Source: Reclinomonas americana ATCC 50394
Lineage: Eukaryota
Length of the DNA stretch: 20,000 nucleotides
NCBI GenBank assembly: GCA_048213135.1
Contig: PS015489.1
Location: forward strand, 115,024 to 135,023
Direction: 5' to 3'
Part shown: piece by piece, positions 9,867-20,000 of the stretch
Layout: every line of letters begins with the position of its first letter
Position numbering within the stretch: the first letter of the stretch is position 1
Position numbers and translations under genes: made by a program
The notes under the pieces: model-generated
What the model was told of the DNA's origin: nothing
What the model saw: the letters and a program-made list of their open reading frames with translations, nothing else
Databases searched by the model: none

Positions 9867-12800
9867 TTAGAAGAGTTTGGTGAGGACGTCGCCGACTATC
9901 AGTTCCACGCCGAAGCAGCCGCACAGGGACATGGTGAGGAGTTTGATGGGCTCTGTCAAACGGCGGTTAAGACTCTGCTCTGCTGCACAAGCGGCGCGTA
10001 CATGTAAAGCACACTCACCGTTGATGAGCCAGTCCTCGAGAATGCTGAAAGCCGACGAGTTCAACACCGACCGTGATTCGGATTTCACCAGAATCGCGGC
10101 CGTGTTGAGCAGCGCCAAAAACGTGCAGAAAGCACCTGCAGCACATGTGTTAGGGGGACGTCACAACACCAACTGCTGCGGCCGCAACGCACACACACGT
10201 ACCAATAGTCCAGCACGCCGCCAGACCCCAGTACTGCGTGGGGAAAATGCCAAAGTTAGTGATCAGCAGCAAATGCACGCGCGACGACAAGAACAACGTG
10301 TGTATCGCACCACGAGTGTGTATGGCAGTGTTTTGGCTCGATACCGAGCAAAGAGACGACCGAACCAGCCTGAACATGAACACACGGTGGAGTTGGTATT
10401 GTTTCATGCAACAAGTCAGGGGATACTACGACACCTTTGCCGGTGACATCCGCAGCGACAAACTCGTTATCCAAGACACTGTTCAAGTCGGCAGTATTCT
10501 CGTTTGCTTCCGCGGAGCTGTCGTTGTTGTCCGGAGATCGCAGTGCTTTGTGGCGCACCAACGGGACTTTAACAGGGGTGCCCGAATGCGCCGACTCCAC
10601 GTCCGACTCTGCCACCAGACGACTTGATCATGAGCACACAAGCATGCACAAAAACATAAAATGAATGCAACACTTGCCATCGTCACTCCACGAAGCAACG
10701 TCGTCTCCAATCAGCAACAGGTGCTTTGTTGGCGTGCCCTGTCGGTGAAAGAAAACAATCAATGAGCACGGCAGGAATGAACACATAATTTCTGGCGGCA
10801 CGCACCGGAAGGGAGCCACCGTCGCTAGCGAGCGCACCGGTCATCCTCTGTCGTTGTTGGTTGGCCAACATCAACGGCAGCGGCGGAAGACGATGCCTGC
10901 CCCTGTGTTCATCCGGCTGTTGTGGCTCGCCTTGCGCGCCTCTGGCCGCCAGCAACCTCGTCAACCATCCACTTTGCCCTTGGCTGACCATCAACGGCGC
11001 AGTTGGCCGCATCTCCGTGGGCGATATCTGACCGGAACGAACGAAGGCCACCATTGCCTGTCCATCCTGCTTGCGCACTCAACTCGTCAGTAGCTGCAAC
11101 AGCATCGCGAGACACCACCAGCACGATATCAAACCGTCGGCACCGGCACGATTGGAATCAAATCAGGCAAGCGGCCATCGTCGGTGCTGACAGTGAGCGG
11201 ATGCGGCGGCTTTTGCACGAGCTCCACTGAGGTGTTCGAGTCCGTTCGTGACACTGCACATGTAACACATGAGACGCAAGAAATGGCAGACGCGCCTTGG
11301 AGGGATGACGACACGCTCACCAGTGCTAGCGCTCATAATCGAGTGCCTCTTGCCATCTCCCTCAGCAGCATCAATCTCGCGCACCAGCGCCTTCAACTTG
11401 GTGAGCTCGCCAACCTCGAAATACGTGTCGCGGAGCGTCACGCGCGGAGTATGATCTGCGAGATTCATCAGTCTCGAGTAAAACGCGATAAAGCGGTTGG
11501 CAAGTGATTTGGGTCCGCAACTGAATGGTATGCTCATCAAGAACGCAAAGGGGAATACGATCAAGCCTGCAATCACAACACACAACATGAGCCAGAGTGC
11601 ATTCTGGGGTAACAAAAACAAAGCTTCATCTCACACGCACCAGTAATGATGCCTGCATAGCCACACATGAGGTAAAAGGTGAGAATATTGCACATGTCTT
11701 CTTGCGGCAATAAAAACGAGGCACATACCAATGTAGAAATCGCGCAGGAGGTCGGTGAGCAACGACGCCTCGGCCTGGTTGGCAAAGATGCTGTTGATCC
11801 ACATCATGAAGCACACGGTGACCCAGAGCGTCTGCACAACACCGTTAGTTGCCGACAAGCACTCAGTTATACGCTATCGCCGCTGACGAAACAGTGAGGC
11901 GCTGGTACTTGCGGAATGGATCGATACGAGTGCCAAACACGGTAGAGAGCCTGCAATTAGAGAGAATGCACCACGGTGTCAGGAGATGCACGCGCGCGCC
12001 ACGATATTCAGTGTCGATTCACTTACCAAGCGTGGTGGTGCAGGAAAAGGCTTCGGGTTTTGGCTGTCCACTTGACGAAACGATTGCGCTCTCGCTCATG
12101 CTCAATCACACGAGTCACCAAGCCTGCGAACAAGAACAAGACCAAATCAGTTAGCAGACGAGAAGAGCGGTGGTGCGAGTGAGTACATCGACGAACCGCG
12201 GAATCGTGCAATCGCCTCCATGTGCACACGGATCGCCTCACGCTCACTCTCGGGGATGAGCTGTTTTTCCTGCTCCGGCTCTGCGTCATCGTCGAGCTCC
12301 TTGCCATGCCCACTGCTCTCCTCCCCACCGACAGCCTCCCTCTCGCCATCCAACGGCATGTCCACCGTGGTCTCCACAACACCCGTTCCGGCCGCAGTGA
12401 CCTCCTCCGCCCGAGCCTCGGGTGCCGACAGCAGTGCCAGCGGGGACTCGGAAACATCGCCGGGCGTACGTCCGTGCGACCGCTCAGCACTGGCAGCACT
12501 CGCCGAACTGTCAGTCCGCATGCGAGTGAGAGGAGAGGCTCTGGCACCCAGCGATGAGGAGCGGTTGCGCAGTCGGAAGGGCGAGCTGGACGACGAATTC
12601 ATGTCTTCGTCAGCCAGCAGCGCCTTGTCGCCTTCGCCAGCAGCCGCAGCCGCCTTGGCCGCCAGTTGCCGCCGCTGACGCATGACCGCCATTACGACAT
12701 CGCTGCCAAAAGACACCAGGGAGTTGAGTGGAGAGTGCAGTGCAAGTATCAGAGAGCAGTGGTTGACGCACGCGAATGAGAAGATGCCACGATACGGTGG

Positions 12801-15800
12801 GAGGTCGGCCTGCGAGTGCGCAAGACATGAGTGAGATCATCCCTTGCGCAGCGATGCGGATGCAAGTGAGAAAGACCTCAGATCGTTTCAGAGCACGCCG
12901 TGCAATGATGCGTCGCGCCCAGTACTCTCGCACCGCCAGATCGTTGGCTTTGTCGATCTTCCGCAGCACAAAGTAGAGAATCACGTACGCAATGTGAAGC
13001 ACTGCATGCGACGACTTGTTCAGTTCAAGAGCTGGCATTGAGACGTGCACGAGTGCTGCAACGCAACGCAAGAGGAAGAAAAAGTTGGGGCTGACCCACA
13101 AGGCGGGTGTCAACAACAATCCGATTTCGGCCGGACTCGTAAACGTGAACTGCAAGTCAAAGATCTACACGAGCACGCACAGTGTGAGAAGGCAATCACA
13201 GACGCACTACGCAACATGAGAAAGAGAGCAACGTACTGCTGCCACGTCCACGGAGAAGTCCGTCGCATGATTGCAGGCACAGTACACGCTGGTCAGATTG
13301 CCAGAGGCACCGACAGTGGCGAACGAACGGCAGCCCGCCGGCGAGAATGCTTGCGCAGTCTGATGACGAGCTGCCATGAGTACCACGACACGACGACGCG
13401 AGAAGCACAACGAAAAAGTCGCAACTGGGTCCCAGGCGACGCACAGATCCAGGCGCCGCGGCAAGACACCCGAGGTGATGTTCAGCGCGTGCGGCATTGT
13501 GGTGTTGCAGATATTATCCAGTGGCACAAGACCGGTGGGGATCGAGAACGTGGCATTGCACTGTGTTGACCAAGTGAGAAACGTGCAACAAAGCATTGTG
13601 TAAGACAATCCCCACGTCGCACACAGCACACACCAGTCTCATTGCTTGCAGCACCTTGCGCTGTGAGGCAGAGCATGTCTCAGACAAATTTCGTACTTCT
13701 GCTGCCGCACACACAACAAAGGCAGGTGACGCACGAAATTCTCTTGCACGGCATCCGGAATCACTTGACCGCCCATCTTGATGAGGAGCTCCTGCGGCTG
13801 ATTCTTGACTTCGATGGGTGAACCACGGCTGTCGTAGAACTCGATTCGGTGAATCGGTGCAGCGAGCCACGTGCGCGCCTGCTTCGTGGCCAGGATGCTG
13901 GTGTATGGATTGGTCGAATTGGAATGCTGCACCACAAGCGCCGTGGCATCGTTGAGCGTTGAGTTGAGTGACTGCGTCGCCAGCAACACCGAGCCAAGGT
14001 GGGAAGTCGCTGAGTCGTCCGCCAGCAGTGCGCCAGTTGGATTGGCACCAGAGTACGACTGCACATGCCGGCAGTTCAGCACTGCTGCCCAGCATCACTC
14101 GAGCACAATACACACACACGTACCTGCACGCCAGGCGCGTCCACGTTGTTCGTCAACCGAGCGCCGACGATGCGAGAATACGCGCCACCCGAGTAAACAA
14201 AGGGATCGTCAGTCGCCTGCACACATTTTCCATCAGTCTCTCACGCGCACACACATTCATGCACATTGAGATCGAGGTGTCACGCACGCGCTGGGCGACA
14301 GAGGCCTTGACCACGTTCTCAACCACCGCCGAGCTGCGATCAACAATGGCATTGAACAGAGTCGACTTGCTGTCTGTGGTGGCCGATACCGATGTGCTCA
14401 GCAGCGAGTCGGCAATCTGGAGCACATGCTGGGAGACACAACAGTGGACACGTTGTTAGCGGCAGCGTGATCGCAACACACAACCACAATGAGGTTACCT
14501 CACGCTCGGCGGAGGTCAACACAGAGCTGGAACTGGCGACGTTTTGCAACGCCGACATGACTCCATCGGCCACGCCCGCGACAGTCACTGACGTCGGTGA
14601 CAGAAGCGGAACAGAGCTACGCGAAGAACATAGAGTGAGAGGAAGGAGCGTCAGCGCGGTTGCACGAGGCGCTCAGTCATCAATGTGTGCAGACCGCCCA
14701 CCTGCTGAGAATACGAGCACTCTGCAGCACCACTCGCGCCGCGTCCGGGAACGCTTGGCCGTCGATCAGTGACGACGCGCTTCCAAGGCGCGACGCCATC
14801 ATCGCCAAGTAGTTCTCAACCTGCGGACCTGCGTCACGATAGCACACTCGCCGCATTAGCGACACGGACGTGACGTACACAAACGCAAAACCAAGTGTAT
14901 CGAACCATTTCCGCCATTCAACACCTGCTGCAAGTTGGCGGAACCGTCGGCAAGGCTCAGCGTGGAGTACAAGGAACATGCCGCAGTGATGGCTTCTGAG
15001 GACGTGGTGAGTGGGCCTGCTGCGGTTGCCGCTGCCGCCGCCGCCGCTGATTCTCCGACAAATGCGTTTGCGCGACCGAGGGCCGTGGAGAGAGCCGGAT
15101 CTCGCGCCACCGTCACCGTCGTGGTAGCCGAGGTACTGCGCAATGAATGGGTCAGCCCAACTGCGCACTTGTGCTGCCAAAACGCACTAGGAACACGAAC
15201 CCTGCCAGCAAATTGTCATACACCGTCACGCCCACCGACAGAATGTTGCCGTCGCTCACTCCCGCCGGCAGAGTAACACCCGCAAGGGTCGAAGAGGGCT
15301 GTGAACCCAAAGGGACCATGGAGCCGGTAGCAGACACGTAAAAGAACGTGTAGGACAGCGGCACACTGCAGCAAGTTGCTTGAGCACGGGGACGGAAGAA
15401 ACAACAGCCGGCGAGAGAGACGCAACTCGTCATCAGTAAAACCAGCGGCCGTGATTGTAAACTTGGTGGAGCGTTCAACGCCACTGGCGGGCGAGATCGA
15501 GACGGTGCCCAGCGAAGGCGGACGATTCATCTCCAGGGTGATCGAACCGGTGGCGGAGTCTGTTCGACCGGTGAGTCGACGAGGATATTACGTGCCCACA
15601 ACCACATGACGCAACTAGATCCGGTGACGTTCAGCACGATCTGGTACTTGCGGCCGGCGGTAAATGTGTTTGCCGGCACAGTGAGCGCGCTGCGGTTGCT
15701 GTTGGTGGCCAGCGGCACCGGTGTGTTGGGAGTCGAGGTCACATCCGTGACCCCCCACGAGTAGTTGACAGAGTCGCCGGCAGCCAGTGACACCTTGCTG

Positions 15801-18800
15801 TCCACCAGAATAATCTTCGCCGCATCGTAGCGCGACAATGACACTCCGCCAGACGTCGTCTGCGCACAATGAAGGATGAGTGCCACGATTTGCCGAAGGG
15901 AGAAGAGACCAAGTGGATCGCTGACACACCGTCAACAAGACGCCGACCGAGCCAGCGACAGTGAACGACGCGGTGGCGGTGGCGGATCGCCCGCCGCGCG
16001 AAGCACTCACTCGGAAAGTGTACCTATGTGCGAACGAGATAAGCGACCATGGGAAGTCACGTGAAACCTTCAGTGAGACGACGCAACACTCCGGCCACCA
16101 GCTCGGTGCCCGACAACTGGATGGACTCGGCAACACTATTGTCGCGAGCACACGGTTGTGCTTTGCTGCCGTCGGCAGGTGTCACTGTGCACGCCCAACT
16201 GACTGTCGCAGGCGCCAGGTTCTGCACAACTGACAAATCAGCAATCGCCGAAGAAACAAGGGCCCGACACACACCACGAACCAGAATCGGTGCCGTTGCC
16301 GCGTCCGGATCGCGCAAGACCGCGGTGAGCGTCTTGGTGCCGCCCACAGGCACCGAGCCACCGTCGCCATCGATAGCCAAGCTGAGAGGACGAGTCACTG
16401 CAGGGGACAGAATGGTGCGACGGTGAGCACGCTCGTGTCAGCACAGCATGCAGGAAAACACACACAGCCGTACCCAGTGCCTGCACCCGCCACCCGGAGC
16501 GCTGATCGGTCTCATTTGAGATGAAGCGGATAGCACCGGTGTTGACACCGAGCAGTATCGACTGCGTGGGCACGGTGGAGCCAGTGAGCGCCAGCCGGGT
16601 CACCGCTTGCCCAGCGTCGGCGTACAGCGTCAGCGAGTCGTCGGTGGCCAAATCGAGTTGCGTGACCAGCACGACCACGGTGCCGGAAGAGGTGACACCC
16701 GATGCAAGCTGGGGAAAGGAAGGATGAGGAAGAGTACACACTCTGGACGACACACACACGGCGCACCCCGAATGTCCACGTGCAGTCGAGATCCGGCATG
16801 TAGGCCGGCACACTGGTGGTTCGGTCGGCCAGCGTCACCAGTGTTCCCGGCGTAAGCGTCACGGCGGTCAATGCGGCACAGGTGGGTGTGGCCACCGTCA
16901 GCGAGACTGGAGTCTTGACAAACGCGGCGACTGCGTCCTGATAAAAGTCGACGCACAGGTCGACTTGCACGCCACGCGCCTCAGTGGACGGAGACGCGAT
17001 GCGAAGTAGTGCCGTACGTCCATAATCGGAAACGCTGACAACAGTGACCGTGTAGCCAGTGGCGTTGTTGGCCGAGCACGACGAGCCGGCCAACACCGTC
17101 CTCCACGAGTCCACGCGCGACAGGCCACTGCTCGGCAGGCGCACCGTGCGCGCCACAGTCATACCGGACACCAGTGTGGGATTTGCGGCCGTCATGGTGG
17201 TGACGTCGGGAACAGGAATAATGTGCTTGATGCGCCCTTGACTGTTGATGGAACGCTCGCCGGCAACGACCCAACCAGTCTGCCGATTCACATCGAGACC
17301 GTCGCCGTACATGATCATATTCGTGTCGGCATTGGTCAGCCCAGCACAGCGGTCCGTGCCGCTCTTCGTGAACGGCTTGTATTTGAGAGCATCGCGCATC
17401 GGGATGTCGTCCTATTCGAGTGCGCTTCTCGGTGAGTGACGGACGATTACAGGCACACGGAGGGCAACTGCTGTCTGCACGCAACAAGCACAGACGTCGG
17501 AACAGCGGCTGACAGCGAGGTGGAGCCTCTGTTGGGGCCACAGTATGTGGCAAGACTGCCCATGACAAGAACAGCTGGGAGCGCGTGGTCGCTGGTGTCG
17601 AACGCCCACAACTACGAACAGCAAAGGAGGTGAGTGATGGAGGAAGTGGGAGACACGCAGTGCGCGACGCAACTCCGCTTGTCGAGAGATCGTACACATA
17701 CATGATGTTGTCGGGTCCTTGCGCTACACACACACAGTGGCACGTCAGGAGACGGAGGGAGAGGCAGAGAAATCACGAAGGTAACGCACCCAGTACACGA
17801 GGGGCGGGGATGGCCGAAGTGGCGGCCACGGTGGAGATGACGCCGTTCCGATCCACGTAGCGCACAGCAAAGCTCGGCCCCTCACTCTCCGTGTAGTAAA
17901 AGCCGCCGTTCTTCGACAGAATCACATCGGTGGCCGACGATGCAGTGGCGCTCGTCGCCGGGATCTGCTCGCCGCCAAAGACGCTATTATTGGTGCCGTT
18001 GCCGGCAACAAATCGCTGGCCCGACACCGGATTGTTGAGAGGCACCCAGATAACCTGTGTGTACAGGTGAGATGGACGCGACCTGGAACACAAAAAGCAA
18101 TAAAGTGAGAGAGCCACGCAACTCCACTGCCACCGTAGCTGGCAGCCAGTAAACCAGGCGGCGGAGTCGGCAGCTGCACGTTGGAGGTACCGGCCGGCAC
18201 GAATCGCGGGTGGCGCAGATTGGTGGCAGGAGCAGCGGCGGGAGCGAGGACCTGCAAGTTCGTCGGATTGCCCGACGCATCCAGATTGGAGACTGCACGG
18301 GTGCGTGAGTGGACGAACAGCGCTAGCGCGCGCACAACACATTGCCACAACAAGCGTACCCAGAACACGGCCACCGGTCCACTCGTTGAAGTAGACCTTC
18401 GTGCCGTCGGTGTTGAAGTCCAGCGCGTGCAACACCTGCGCAGCGAGTGAGGTCACATTTCTCTCGTGCTGCTGCGAAGGAGACGCAACATTGGGCGTGC
18501 GCGTGGCAGGCGAGCCGGGAACCGCGGGATCGGTGGCCATCGAGTACGCAGCGTTGCAGACGCCAACAACCGGAGTGAGATTGGTCATCGCACCAAAGTT
18601 GAGCAGGTCCACATCGTAGCGCTTGCAGCAACTCGAATCCGTCGAGCACGCCCACACACTGCCCAGCGTCGGATGGATCTTCAAACCCACAACGTTCCTC
18701 AAGCCAAGCGCCGCCGTGTTCACGGAAACCACGCGGAAAACCGGGCGCGGAATCGGCGAGTCAATCACCAGCGTTGTCGGACCTGTAATCATCATGGTAC

Positions 18801-19356
18801 GATAAGCCAATCAATCACACTTGTGTGACAGCGCGCCTGAACACACCATCGTCTCCACTGAAGGCTGCCGAGCCCGCGAACTTGGCACACAACCGATAGA
18901 GATCCGGTTGGGCATTGCGCGGGACCGCAATGATGACAACGAACGAGGCATCGCTCTGGCGAACCGCGCTGGTGATTGATATCAATGTAGAGCTGCTCCC
19001 TGCCGCACACGTCTCTGCGTTGCGCACAAACGCCTGCACAGAGAGAGAGAGAGAGAGAGCGGGGCGGGAGTGAGTGGGCAATGTCACACTCACCACACGA
19101 AAACTCTTCTCGCAGCGCAGCGCTCATGCTCAACAAATGAATCCGTGTCACTGAAGTTCGTGCTGCCTGCTGCGCCTGACATGTTCAACCGCAGGCCACG
19201 AGGTGCGCTCTTTCCCGCGACAATCGGCACACCGGGACTGCTGTCCACAATCGTGATGAAAGCGGCGGGAGACGCAGCGGCCATACTCGCGCACAGCACC
19301 AGCATTGTCACGGCCACTGTCACCAGCGACGCAGTAACAAGCGCGCGGGTCCTCAT
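9867..19356 (-). CDS. Polycystin-1/PKDREJ-like cell-surface receptor: signal peptide, NHL-like propeller, CUB, REJ, GAIN/GPS, 5 TM; about 43 exons
   Basis: ATG at 19356 starts a signal peptide (MRTRALVTASLVTVAVTMLVLCASMAAA). The spliced frame is continuous to TAA at 9867 through about 42 short introns. REJ: NRPPSLGTVSISPASGVERSTKFTITAAGFTDDDVPLSYTF. GPS: CVAWDPTAQAFSPAGC...CACNHATDFSV. PKD1-type TM motifs: HAWLSTVFGTRIDPFRKYQRLTTLWVTVCFMMWINSIF, IGIITGLIVFPFAFL, LPYTLVYWGL, SAFSILEDWLINEPIKLL. Confidence 0.85.
10609..10677 (-). other. GC-AG intron
   Basis: Donor G|GCAAGT and acceptor GGCAG|. This join keeps the frame (WSDD-E-SDVES); nearby GT alternatives give a frameshift or a TAG. Confidence 0.7.
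13237..13450 (-). other. GPS motif (C-terminal end of the GAIN domain)
   Basis: After removing intron 13360-13425 the sequence reads CVAWDPTAQAFSPAGC...VYCACNHATDFSV, closely followed by TM1. Confidence 0.85.
15100..16400 (-). other. REJ module of the PKD1-like protein
   Basis: LSLAIDGDGGSV...LRDPD, VSWAC, YTFRVSA, YSW, LTVPANTFTAGRKYQIVLNVT, NRPPSLG, PLSYTF, TLPAG, VYDNLLA. Confidence 0.8.
16474..16880 (-). other. CUB domain of the PKD1-like protein
   Basis: YMPDLDCTWTF...VVVLVTQLDLATDDSLTLYAD...LTGSTVP...AIRFISNETDQRSGW. Confidence 0.75.
17200..18782 (-). other. NHL/teneurin-like beta-propeller repeats of the PKD1-like protein
   Basis: VAGNGTNNSVFGGEQIPATSA...DVILSKNGGFYYTE...VRYVDRNGVISTVA; ALDFNTDGTKVYFNEWTGGRV; GLDVNRQTGWVVAGE. 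Confidence 0.7.
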
Positions 19357-19920
19357 GGAGGAGGCACGAGAAAGAGGAAGAGAGAGACGAACGCGCGCAA
19401 AGACGGCGATGTTCAAATATGGCAATCAGAGCGAGCCATGTATTGTTGTCCAAGCCGGGACAATCGCAATTACATTGAATCTTTCCATGGTGAGCGCGCG
19501 CGCGCAGTGAGGCAGTGTGTGTGGCGCGCAGAGAGCGAGTGTGTGTTTCGCAGCAACAAGAGCAACAGGGAAACGAAAGATCGTGTCGTGTTTTTTGTGT
19601 GTGCGTGGTGATGTGAATCAGCACATGTCTCACTCTTTTTTTTGTTTCGTCGGCAGCGCGTCAAGGTGCTTTCGCGATCGGCGGTGGTGCACAAGGGCGA
19701 GAGGAATGGTGATTTGGTGCCGACGTTTCGCAACTTGAAGCCGTCGTTGCATCCGCTGGAGAGGGAGCGCGAGTACACGAGGGCGGTGACGGCGGCCAAG
19801 ATGGAGCGAGTTGCGTGGGGAGAGAAGAAGGGAGAGGAGAAGGGAGAAGGGATGGAGAGAGAGATGTGATGAGAGGAGGCGATTTGGTGGTGATTGCGCA
19901 ATCATGGGATTGAGAGGAGG

Positions 19921-19922
<2 letters not shown>

Positions 19923-19984
<62 letters not shown>
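19923..19984. repeat. Compound (GT)n(GA)n microsatellite
   Basis: A GT dinucleotide run directly followed by a GA run, upstream of the PKD1-like gene. Confidence 0.95.
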
Positions 19985-19988
<4 letters not shown>

Positions 19989-20000
19989 GGACGGTACCGT

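Noticed and set aside
13209-13216. GTTGCGT motif on the minus strand
   Set aside because: It lies inside an intron whose donor is the upstream A|GTACGT, so it was not counted in the shifted class.
1831-19134. Reading the GTTGCGT sites as non-canonical G|TTGCGT (TT-AG) introns
   Set aside because: Cutting one base later breaks the frame at junctions fixed by conserved motifs (e.g. 5597, 15426, 16087). Cutting before the G fits all cases.
19426-19490. Short upstream ORF (MERFNVIAIVPAWTTIHGSL) before the PKD1-like ATG
   Set aside because: Only 20 codons, with no evidence that it lies in the transcript or splices to the main ORF.
9877-19869. Plus-strand ORFs over the PKD1-like gene
   Set aside because: Antisense shadows with no independent coding signal.
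1-20000. Alternative genetic code or stop-codon readthrough to explain the broken ORFs
   Set aside because: Every interruption is resolved by a short GT-AG intron (one GC-AG), and no in-frame stop remains in the spliced models.

Overview
Eukaryotic, GC-rich, gene-dense and intron-rich DNA, probably from a protist; the taxon cannot be determined from the sequence. The ORF track is fragmented by about 75 short spliceosomal introns (mostly 55-75 nt). Splicing by hand gives four genes. (1) A PILS/auxin-efflux-carrier-like transporter on the minus strand, running off the left edge. (2) A 20-exon, ~1303-aa minus-strand gene in which a degenerate Cid1/TUTase/Trf4-type nucleotidyltransferase module is fused to a DIS3L2/RNase II-type CSD1-CSD2-RNB-S1 exonuclease. 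(3) A divergently transcribed, secreted ependymin-related-like protein. (4) A ~43-exon polycystin-1-like receptor (signal peptide, NHL-like propeller, CUB, REJ, GPS, 5 TM) that lacks PLAT and the channel half. Two observations stand out: the pseudo-TUTase-DIS3L2 fusion, and a second class of 5' splice sites (about 19 of 75) that carry an extra T (GTTGCGT type) and always follow a non-G exon base. An 849-nt assembly gap lies within a long intron. All domain calls are from manual motif recognition, not database searches.
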